Of a stretch of DNA of 32,476 nt, positions 25,611 through 32,476 are shown piece after piece. How positions within the stretch are numbered: the stretch's first letter is position 1; the number at the start of each line of letters is the position of its first letter. The notes under the pieces are model-generated. The model had not been told where the DNA came from. It did not search any database and saw nothing but the letters and a program-made list of their open reading frames with translations. Source of the DNA: Candidatus Falkowbacteria bacterium (lineage in GTDB: Bacteria; Patescibacteriota; Patescibacteriia; UBA11705; JABHMO01); the NCBI GenBank assembly GCA_016214755.1, contig JACRNX010000070.1:1-32476 (forward strand). The letters run 5' to 3'. A program made the translations under genes and the position numbers.

Positions 25611-25995
25611 GAGTGAAATCGAGATATCTCAATCATGCCAATTACCAGTCCCAGAAAAATGGAAGGGCTTTCCTGTGTATGGAAAAGATTGGGATAGAAT
25701 AAAGAAAATGGTTGATAGAATTATTTCCCCCACAAGTTTTTGGCAAATCGTATGGCCAGCTTCTTTTGGTATATCCATTTCTGCTCTACTGAGTGCACTG
25801 ACTATACTCGAGAAAGGTCATCCAAATAAAACCTCTTGCTACTGGCTTTTCTTGCTATTCATGATCATTGGTATTCTAACCTTAATAATAGATAAAACTC
25901 GTAAAGCAGCATCTATATCTACTAAGGAGCAGTTGAAGGAAGAAATGGAAAAAATGGAAGAACCCTACAAAACAGATAGGGGCTATGGCGGCTAA
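25582..25995 (+). CDS. Hypothetical small membrane protein (2 TM)
   Basis: Overlaps the preceding gene in another frame. Two hydrophobic helices. Start uncertain (TTG 25573 or ATG 25582). Confidence 0.45.
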   Translation: MSIPPAKQSESEIEISQSCQLPVPEKWKGFPVYGKDWDRIKKMVDRIISPTSFWQIVWPASFGISISALLSALTILEKGHPNKTSCYWLFLLFMIIGILTLIIDKTRKAASISTKEQLKEEMEKMEEPYKTDRGYGG

Positions 25996-26145
25996 TAGGG
26001 GATAGCTGGTTCGCTTGCTAAATAATTTTTCATTTAATAATTGTTTTGCGTGTAGGCCTTTTTTGAAAAAAGGAATAGAAATTTTGTTTTTCCTTATTTA
26101 TTCAGTGTATTATTCAACAGACTTATTAAGCATACTTAAAACATT

Positions 26146-27009
26146 ATGAGCAGCTACGAAGATTTTAAAAATCGGTTCAAATTACTAGCTGGCAAAAATC
26201 GTCATTTGGTAGTTAATACCTTATCAAACATTTTTACAATGAGATTAATTGGGAATAAAACGCACGGCGATTTAGCTGAAATTGGAATTGTCGAGTTTAT
26301 CAATCAATTCATGTATGATTTTAAAAGTATTCATGTTGGCAAAGACCTTTTTCGGGCGAAAGAACACGAAGAAGATATAATGATAATGAGCGAGATAAGC
26401 AAAACGAAATTTCCCGTCAGCTTAAAAGCTTATGGGGATGGTCTTTTGCAATTATCCACTGACAGCAAACAGAAGATGTTCCCATTTCTTGAAAAGCAAG
26501 GTAAAGAAATCCGGGATAATAGAAAGATAGAAGCAATTTTTAACGCTTCTGAATTTTTCGATTTTGGGGCAATAAATGTAATGCCTCTAATTTATGATGA
26601 AAAAAATCAACGCTGCAACATCATGATTTTTGACCATAAAAAGGCAAGAGACAACATAAATAAAATTATATTTATTGATAAGGGACAAAGATTTGATTTT
26701 ATGACAGGCAGAGTGGTGCCAGGAAAGGGGAGATCCCATCCGATTTATATGTTTGTAGATCCTAAAAATGAATATATATGTGAAGTAAGATATGGCGGTG
26801 CTTCGGCAAATGCTTTACAGCGCGGCCTTTGGACACACACAAAAAACGCTATTGATTATTTTGACTCTCTCACAAATGGCTGGATAGATTATTCACACAA
26901 TCATACACTTGTAAAACTTTTTGGCCTTGCTTTAAATAGTTCCGAAGAAGGTCATAAAGTTGCTAATGAAATCTTACAGAAAGACATTGATAGGCTTAAA
27001 AAATTATGA
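26146..27009 (+). CDS. Putative Type II restriction endonuclease
   Basis: 287-aa ORF whose stop overlaps the methyltransferase start (ATGA), the classic R-M gene arrangement. Distant resemblance (…YICEVRYGGASANA…) to DpnII/MboI-family catalytic region. Unconfirmed. Confidence 0.5.
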   Translation: MSSYEDFKNRFKLLAGKNRHLVVNTLSNIFTMRLIGNKTHGDLAEIGIVEFINQFMYDFKSIHVGKDLFRAKEHEEDIMIMSEISKTKFPVSLKAYGDGLLQLSTDSKQKMFPFLEKQGKEIRDNRKIEAIFNASEFFDFGAINVMPLIYDEKNQRCNIMIFDHKKARDNINKIIFIDKGQRFDFMTGRVVPGKGRSHPIYMFVDPKNEYICEVRYGGASANALQRGLWTHTKNAIDYFDSLTNGWIDYSHNHTLVKLFGLALNSSEEGHKVANEILQKDIDRLKKL

Positions 27010-28133
27010 ACGATCAACAATTAGACATTTTCGGCAGAAAAACATTGGTTGTTCCGACAACAGAAGGCATCAAATACGCAGGGTCAAAATTAAAAATACT
27101 ACCTTACATCGTTCAAATTCTAGGCGAACTTGACGGAGTAAAAAAGGTACTTGATGGGTTTAGCGGAACAACCAGAGTTTCTCAAGCTTTTGCTCAGCTT
27201 GGATATAAAACGACAGCCAACGATATTTCAGCTTGGTCTGAAGTTTTTGGTACGTGCTATCTAAAGTCAAAAAAAGAAGATAAATTTTATCAGCAAATTT
27301 TAGATCGCTTGAATGGCTTAAAAGGATATGATGGCTGGTACACAAAACACTACGGGGCGGAAATAGACGAGGGCAAAAAACCCTTTCAAACAAAGAATAC
27401 TAGAAAACTCGATGCAATAAGGGATGAGATAGAGAAATTGGATTTATCGTGGGAAGATAAATGTGTTATTTTAACAAGCTTAATCTATGCCCTTGATTCT
27501 GTTGATAGTACCCTTGGGCACTATGTTTCTTACTTGGCAAAATGGTCTCCAAGATCGCATAATGGTTTATTTTTGAAATTGCCAAAAAGATTTAAAACCA
27601 AAGGAAAACACGAAGTAATTCGTGGAGATATTTTTGATACGATACAAAAAAAAGAATTTGATTTTGTATATTTCGACCCTCCTTATGGCTCAAACAATGA
27701 AAAAATGCCTCCGAGCCGTGTCAGGTATGCTTCTTATTATCACATATGGACTACTATTATCAATCACGACAAGCCTGAATTATTTGGAAAGGTTAATCGA
27801 AGAGTGGACACAAGAGATATTGTTGCTAGTTCTGTTTTTGAGGAATTTAGAAAAAATGAAAAAGGAAGTTTTATCGCTATGGAGGCGTTAAGAAAACTAA
27901 TCCAAGAAACTAAATCTCATTATATTCTTCTTTCGTATAGTTCTGGAGGTAGGGCGACGAAGCAAGAATTAAATGACATAATACACGAATCGGGAAAATT
28001 ACTAAAAGCAGTTGAAATTAACTATAAAATAAATGTTATGGGTGGTATGCGTTGGACAAACAAATGGATTAACAGCGATAATCAACACCATGAGTATTTA
28101 TTCTTAATGGAAAAGACAAGGAATGTGTTTTGA
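27006..28133 (+). CDS. DNA N6-adenine methyltransferase, D12 (Dam-like) class
   Basis: Motif I-like KYAGSKLKILPYI and catalytic FDFVYFDPPYGS (DPPY). Confidence 0.85.
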   Translation: MNDQQLDIFGRKTLVVPTTEGIKYAGSKLKILPYIVQILGELDGVKKVLDGFSGTTRVSQAFAQLGYKTTANDISAWSEVFGTCYLKSKKEDKFYQQILDRLNGLKGYDGWYTKHYGAEIDEGKKPFQTKNTRKLDAIRDEIEKLDLSWEDKCVILTSLIYALDSVDSTLGHYVSYLAKWSPRSHNGLFLKLPKRFKTKGKHEVIRGDIFDTIQKKEFDFVYFDPPYGSNNEKMPPSRVRYASYYHIWTTIINHDKPELFGKVNRRVDTRDIVASSVFEEFRKNEKGSFIAMEALRKLIQETKSHYILLSYSSGGRATKQELNDIIHESGKLLKAVEINYKINVMGGMRWTNKWINSDNQHHEYLFLMEKTRNVF

Positions 28134-28283
28134 CTAAGGAGCAGGAGGGTCGGAGGTGAACGCCTCGAAGCCAAAACGAAAATAAAATTTGTTAATTGCT
28201 GAGAAGTATCCGACTGTTGTCGAGAAAAAAAGTATACGCCATATAATCCGAAATATCTCGTTTAAGAATTTTTCACGTTAATT

Positions 28284-28407
28284 AATTTTTTAAATGATTT
28301 TAAATTATGATGCTGATGTCGTTAATAAGCGAACCGTTATTTTTCATTGTTTGGCTATTCGCCATTGTCGTGGTTTTGACTATCCACGAATTTTCGCACG
28401 CGCTCGC
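28284..28407 (+). repeat. Direct repeat copy A (about 89% identical to 29522..29646), 5' end of M50 protease gene
   Basis: 124-nt segment including the upstream AT-rich leader and the first about 33 codons (MMLMSLISEPLFF.VWLFAIVVVLTIHEFSHALA). 44 nt are identical at the distal end. Confidence 0.85.
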
Positions 28408-28438
28408 AAATAACGGCCGAAATAGAAAAAGAAGATAA
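28307..28438 (+). pseudogene. Truncated remnant of M50/S2P metalloprotease N-terminus (44 aa)
   Basis: Encodes MMLMSLISEPLFFIVWLFAIVVVLTIHEFSHALANNGRNRKRR*. Identical or near-identical to the first TM/HExxH segment of the intact gene at 29546, then diverges. Confidence 0.6.
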
Positions 28439-28536
28439 AACTCTTGCGCGAAGTGTTGCGGATAGGACTTTACCCTTCGCCAAAAGCTATCATAATCGTG
28501 AAACGCGTCATTTTTTAGCAGGTTTTCACGTTTTAT

Positions 28537-28565
28537 TTGACAAAAAGGTGAAAAGGGTATAAAAT
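28537..28565 (+). promoter_or_regulatory. Consensus sigma70 promoter TTGACA-17-TAAAAT driving the Fic gene
   Basis: -35 TTGACA (28537-28542), 17-nt spacer, -10 TAAAAT (28560-28565), 37 nt upstream of the ATG at 28602. Confidence 0.55.
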
Positions 28566-28601
28566 AGAGTTAAAGCGCTTAATTCTTTTAATTTTATAGC
28601 T

Positions 28602-29507
28602 ATGCCAAAAACATTACATATTATTAACATAATTTCTCACCTGCGAGAACGTTATTATGCCGCGGCTGTTGGCAAACAGGCGCTTTTGAAATTGTTGAGC
28701 GAAGCGGAAGTGGCCGAACAGGTATATAACTCCAATGCCATTGAAAACAGCACGCTCACTCTTGAAGAAACAGAGAAAATACTTTTGCAAATAGATTTGG
28801 ATAGATATATTACTGAACGAGAAATTTTTGAAGCGAAAAATCTGGCGCGGGTTGTGTCATATATTGACAAAAGAGCCAAGGAGCAAGAATTAACTCTCGA
28901 AGTAATTTTATCACTTCATAAAATGTTAATTTCAAATATCCGCGACGATATTGCCGGTAGATTCAGAAAGGAAAATGAATTTGTGCGTGTCGGCAGCCAC
29001 ATCGCCCCTAACCCCAAAGAGATAGTGAATCGTCTGGAAAAAATATTGTCCGAATATAATGCTTCGAGTCATGAAAATATAATCAGAAGAATAGCAAAAT
29101 TGCATCTTGCCTTTGAATACACTCATCCATTTTGTGACGGCAATGGCCGCATTGGCCGCGTTATCAATAATTACCTGTTAATACGAGAAGGGTTTGTCCC
29201 TATAAATATAAAATTTATTGACAGAAAAAAATATTATGAAGCGTTTATAGAATTTGATGCCAAGGGCGCGACCGCTATTATGGAAGAAATAGTCGGCAAG
29301 GCGCTGACCAATAGTTATTATAAACGACTTGCTTATCTTGAGGGCGCGCAGATTCTAACCCTTGCTGAATATGCAAAAATGAATAAAATATCCCACTCTA
29401 ATTTAATTAATAAAGCCAGCCGTCAAACAATTGAGGCCTTCTTAGAAAAAGGGGTGTGGAAAATAGGCGTCGCGCAAAAAGACAGTATGAACAAATCAGA
29501 ACCCTAA
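28602..29507 (+). CDS. Fic-domain protein (class II, AMPylase-type) with C-terminal winged-helix-like region
   Basis: FIC motif HPFCDGNGRIGR (HxFx[DE]GNGRxxR). N-terminal inhibitory-helix motif SNAIEN ([ST]xxxE[GN]) upstream of the core. Confidence 0.85.
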   Translation: MPKTLHIINIISHLRERYYAAAVGKQALLKLLSEAEVAEQVYNSNAIENSTLTLEETEKILLQIDLDRYITEREIFEAKNLARVVSYIDKRAKEQELTLEVILSLHKMLISNIRDDIAGRFRKENEFVRVGSHIAPNPKEIVNRLEKILSEYNASSHENIIRRIAKLHLAFEYTHPFCDGNGRIGRVINNYLLIREGFVPINIKFIDRKKYYEAFIEFDAKGATAIMEEIVGKALTNSYYKRLAYLEGAQILTLAEYAKMNKISHSNLINKASRQTIEAFLEKGVWKIGVAQKDSMNKSEP

Positions 29508-29521
29508 TAAAAGCAATGAGT

Positions 29522-29646
29522 AATTTTTTAAAATGATTTTAAATTATGATGCTGATGTCATTAATAAGCGAACCGCTGTTTTTTGTCGTCTGGCTGTTCG
29601 CCATTGTCGTGGTTTTGACTATCCACGAATTTTCGCACGCGCTCGC
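29522..29646 (+). repeat. Direct repeat copy B (start of intact M50 protease gene)
   Basis: See copy A. Together the repeats bracket the Fic gene. Confidence 0.85.
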
Positions 29647-30223
29647 GGCCACACTCCTCGGCGATCCGACGGCGAAAGCGGCCGGCCGATTAACATTGAA
29701 TCCGCTATCCCACATCAGTTGGCTGGGATTTTTTATGCTGTTGCTGGTCGGTTTTGGTTGGGGAAATCCCGTGCCTTTTAATCCGTACAATCTCCGTTTT
29801 CCGCGGTTCGGCCCGGCCATCGTCGCTCTGGCTGGCCCGCTTTCCAATCTTATTTTGGCGGCAATTTTTATTTTTTCCTTCCGCTGGATCTTTCCTGATT
29901 TGCACCCGCTTTTTCTCATCAACGCTGGAAGCGCCAACCTGCCGGCGGAGTTGAATTTGCTCGCAATTTTTTTATCGTTGGCGACTTTTTTAAATTTGAC
30001 TTTGGCGATTTTCAACTTGATTCCCATCCCGCCGCTCGACGGTTCGAAGATATTGTTCAGCGTTTTGTCAGACGCGCGTTTTTTTTCAATTAAAGAAATA
30101 CTGGAGCGGCAGGGCTCGATGATTTTAATTGGCATTATTATTTTGGATAACTTTTTGAACACCAATATCTTTGGCCGGCTGATTTTCGCTGTCATCGGCG
30201 CTGTTTACAAACTGGTCGGATAA
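29546..30223 (+). CDS. Site-2 protease family (peptidase M50) zinc metalloprotease, short form
   Basis: HEFSHALAA (HExxH) in TM1 and NLIPIPPLDGS (LDG motif). Multi-TM, 225 aa. Confidence 0.8.
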   Translation: MMLMSLISEPLFFVVWLFAIVVVLTIHEFSHALAATLLGDPTAKAAGRLTLNPLSHISWLGFFMLLLVGFGWGNPVPFNPYNLRFPRFGPAIVALAGPLSNLILAAIFIFSFRWIFPDLHPLFLINAGSANLPAELNLLAIFLSLATFLNLTLAIFNLIPIPPLDGSKILFSVLSDARFFSIKEILERQGSMILIGIIILDNFLNTNIFGRLIFAVIGAVYKLVG

Positions 30224-30387
30224 TAGTTGGATAAAATTATTTAACACCCGCGCCATCAGAGCAAAGATTGAAATAGGACATTTCTAATTTCCGTTGTCAG
30301 GGCAGTGCATTTGATTAAAATCAACAATTCATTATAATAAGAATAAATATAATCGTAAAACTTCATTCTGAACTAATTATCAAATAT

Positions 30388-30807
30388 ATGCCTTCTCTAC
30401 CAGAGTTTCTCAAATTTTTAACAGTCAGTCCGCCGTCCGGATTAATTATCGCCAAAAAGAAGCTAATGACAAAAAAAGCGCGGATGGAGCTTTCTCAAAT
30501 GAAAAGAGTGTCTGAAATTTTTGAAGTTACAAAAAACAGCGATGTTGTGGATTTTTTTAAGGCGGTTGATAAAGTTCTAAAACAAAACGCTTGGCTTGTT
30601 TTGGATATTAAAACAGCAGACATTCCCGGTTGGCTTTACGAGCAGATGCGGACTCTTGGCGAAAACGGCCATCTTTATAACAAAGACCAAGATAAAGATA
30701 TTAGGATGGGCGACAGCCGCGTTTTAGCAATAATATCTGAAGAAAATCTTGAAGAATGTCCCTTTGAAACGTTTCAGGCGGATTTTGGAATAGTTTTCAG
30801 AACATAA
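30388..30807 (+). CDS. Hypothetical protein (139 aa)
   Basis: ORF immediately upstream of, and co-oriented with, the AAA ATPase gene. No domain recognised. Start uncertain (internal Met at MTKKARMEL…). Confidence 0.45.
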   Translation: MPSLPEFLKFLTVSPPSGLIIAKKKLMTKKARMELSQMKRVSEIFEVTKNSDVVDFFKAVDKVLKQNAWLVLDIKTADIPGWLYEQMRTLGENGHLYNKDQDKDIRMGDSRVLAIISEENLEECPFETFQADFGIVFRT

Positions 30808-30821
30808 ATATTTTCAAACAT

Positions 30822-32258
30822 ATGCCTAAATCAGAAAGGGCGTCGGGAGGAGGAATCTTTGAAAGTCGGACCGAACGCGCCAAGCGCGAGCCGATTTTTT
30901 ATTTTACCACCCGCGAAACCGATCGAAGAACCAGCGAGGCCTATGAAAAGAAATGGGTCTCGGTGCTCGGTATTGAGTTAGAGGTTTATGACGCGGAGCG
31001 CGAAGGAGGAGAAGGAACGAATTTTCGCCAAGAAGAATTTGACGATTTTCTGCATGATGACAAAGCAAAAGCAATTTTAAAACATTTTGCCATCGGCGTC
31101 AAACTAAACCACGCCCCTTTAATTGAAGGCGAGACCGACATTGGCAAAACTAAAGCCCTTGAATATTTGGCTTATCTTACTAATCACAAGTTAGTGCGCG
31201 TTTCTGTTCGCGGCACGACCGACCCATCAGAATTTTTTGGCAAGCATGTGCCCGAGTCGGCCACCGCTCAGCAGAAGATTTTGGACGCCATCAAAAGAAA
31301 GGCGGGGCTGACAAAAGAAGTCCGCGAACGAGTGGAGAAAGCGCAAAAAGCCGGCCAGTCATTTTCCCTTGAAGATTATAAGGCGCTCGCTGATTGGCAA
31401 ACAAAATCATTGTCAGGGTTGCAAAAAGAAGCGCTTTCATTTTTTCAAAAGGCGGTAAAAGAGGGCAGAGGATTGACCCGGGAAGAATGGGAACAGTTCG
31501 CGGCCATAGAGGGCATTGATCTTGAAAGTAAGATGTTTCATTGGCAAGACGGCGAAGTGGTTAAGGCCATGACGCGAAACAATGGCCATGGCTATTGGAT
31601 TTATATTGATGAAATCGGCGCGGCCGAGCCGCAAATTTTGGTCGCTTTAAATCGTATCCTTGAACAGCAAAGGCGCATTGAACTATCGGAAGACGGCGGT
31701 CGTTCTGTGGAAGCGGGCAAACATTTTCGTCTTTTTGCTTCAACTAATCCTCCTGAATACGCCGGCCGCCTGCCTTTGGCGCCTGATTTTTTGCGCCGCT
31801 GGGCTTACAAAAAAGAAAGCCCGCTCTCCGAGAAAGACATCAAAGAACGTTTTGCCCATATCGCGCGCGTGATTCCTCTTGAGCAAGAAATCAGAGAATT
31901 GTTTTGCGATGTATTAACCGTTTTTCATCTTTCTCTTCGCAGTTCAATTAAGGATATTTTGAAAAAGCAAAAACAAAAGTTTAATTATGAATTTTCCGAT
32001 TTGATTAGAGTGCGCGATTATTTTGTCGGTCTCGGCAATCAAGATCCGCTCGCCGCTCTGCGCGAAGGGATGGAATACGCTGTTTTTGCAAAAATCGGCG
32101 ATGAAGAACAGAGAAAAGCGCAGAGAGAGGCCTTTGAAACTTTATTGAAAAGTAAAACAATTCCGGAAAAAGTGAAAAAGATAATTGAAAAAAGAAGAAT
32201 ATCTGGCGCGGTCGGCCAAGCAGTGAGCAAGATGGGGCAGGATATTGCTGGTTTTTAA
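30822..32258 (+). CDS. AAA+ ATPase, AAA_5/MoxR-like, with about 90-aa insertion between Walker A and B
   Basis: Walker A GETDIGKT, VRVSVRGTTDPSEFFGKHVP (MoxR-like box), Walker B WIYIDEIGAA, sensor/Arg-finger region FASTNPPEYAGRLPLAPDFLRRW. Confidence 0.7.
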   Translation: MPKSERASGGGIFESRTERAKREPIFYFTTRETDRRTSEAYEKKWVSVLGIELEVYDAEREGGEGTNFRQEEFDDFLHDDKAKAILKHFAIGVKLNHAPLIEGETDIGKTKALEYLAYLTNHKLVRVSVRGTTDPSEFFGKHVPESATAQQKILDAIKRKAGLTKEVRERVEKAQKAGQSFSLEDYKALADWQTKSLSGLQKEALSFFQKAVKEGRGLTREEWEQFAAIEGIDLESKMFHWQDGEVVKAMTRNNGHGYWIYIDEIGAAEPQILVALNRILEQQRRIELSEDGGRSVEAGKHFRLFASTNPPEYAGRLPLAPDFLRRWAYKKESPLSEKDIKERFAHIARVIPLEQEIRELFCDVLTVFHLSLRSSIKDILKKQKQKFNYEFSDLIRVRDYFVGLGNQDPLAALREGMEYAVFAKIGDEEQRKAQREAFETLLKSKTIPEKVKKIIEKRRISGAVGQAVSKMGQDIAGF

Positions 32259-32273
32259 TTTCGTATAAATAAT

Positions 32274-32319
32274 GAGATGGTTACAAAATTTCGCAACGAA
32301 ATAGTTTTGTAACCATCTC
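32274..32319 (+). terminator. Long hairpin after AAA ATPase gene
   Basis: gagatggttacaaaa…ttttgtaaccatctc, a 15-bp perfect outer stem plus inner tttcg/cgaaa. No strong T-run. Confidence 0.4.
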
Positions 32320-32329
32320 AATCTAAATT

Positions 32330-32476
32330 ATGCCCATCCGGCGCGAACAATCAAATAATCCATCAGCGGAAATTAGAGGACGAGAATCCGGCGCATTCAT
32401 CATTGCGCCAGAAACCATTGTTCAAAAAGAAGCAAAATGGCGAGAAGAAGGATACAATCAAGAAGAAATCAAGGAA
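32330..32476 (+). CDS. Partial ORF (5' end, continues beyond window), hypothetical
   Basis: ATG at 32330 gives an open frame to the window end (MPIRREQSNNPSAEIRGRESGAFIIAPETIVQKEAKWREEGYNQEEIKE…). Confidence 0.3.
   Translation, partial: MPIRREQSNNPSAEIRGRESGAFIIAPETIVQKEAKWREEGYNQEEIKE

Noticed and set aside
1-32476. Genome-wide alternative genetic code (UGA=Gly, code 25) suggested by the in-frame TGA in the HD gene
   Set aside because: All other conserved genes (copA 723 aa, argS 566 aa, MFP, MVP, hydE/G) are intact under the standard code. Several genes terminate with TGA followed by untranslated spacers. A single-site event explains the data better than global recoding.

Overview
This is a low-GC (about 40%) bacterial window with canonical Shine-Dalgarno sites and standard stop-codon usage. 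The gene content and style are those of a small-genome, uncultivated lineage, possibly Patescibacteria-like, but that is a guess. Start to end it holds: (1) a two-gene toxin-antitoxin-like pair, HTH plus Panacea-domain antitoxin with a small toxin candidate. (2) A DedA membrane protein. (3) Adjacent [FeFe]-hydrogenase maturase genes, where hydE carries an unusual N-terminal HypC-like domain and hydG has the C-terminal CX2CX22C motif. No hydF or hydA lies in the window. (4) Two separate two-tRNA clusters, Leu(CAG)-Ala(CGC) and Val(CAC)-Pro(GGG), whose inter-tRNA spacers and trailing hairpins are homologous. Between them sit an HD-hydrolase gene interrupted by an in-frame TGA at a conserved Gly position, and a roughly 1.3 kb GC-rich islet of three small unknown genes behind a consensus promoter. 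(5) A minus-strand operon led by a clear homolog of the eukaryotic Major Vault Protein (MVP repeats, SPFH-like shoulder, coiled-coil cap helix), followed by two unknown proteins. Structured RNA candidates and orphan terminators flank it. (6) A CDP-alcohol phosphatidyltransferase and a copper operon: csoR, then an HMA-permease-cupredoxin-Cys-tail fusion, then copA. (7) argS. (8) A MacAB-like efflux operon (HlyD-like adaptor, ABC ATPase, FtsX permease) with a compound palindromic element inserted at the ATPase 3' end, and rpmB upstream. (9) An AT-rich island (about 33% GC) holding a zinc-ribbon plus membrane gene pair and a Type II R-M system, a putative endonuclease overlapping a D12-class N6-adenine methyltransferase by ATGA. 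(10) A class-II Fic (AMPylase-type) gene with its own consensus promoter, inserted between a duplicated 125-nt copy of the 5' end of an M50/S2P metalloprotease gene. This leaves a 44-aa protease remnant upstream. (11) A hypothetical gene plus an AAA_5/MoxR-like ATPase pair. A family of small CCCCGACG..CGTCGGGG hairpins recurs at four transcript boundaries. The MVP operon, the HypC-HydE fusion and the Fic insertion with target duplication are the most notable items.
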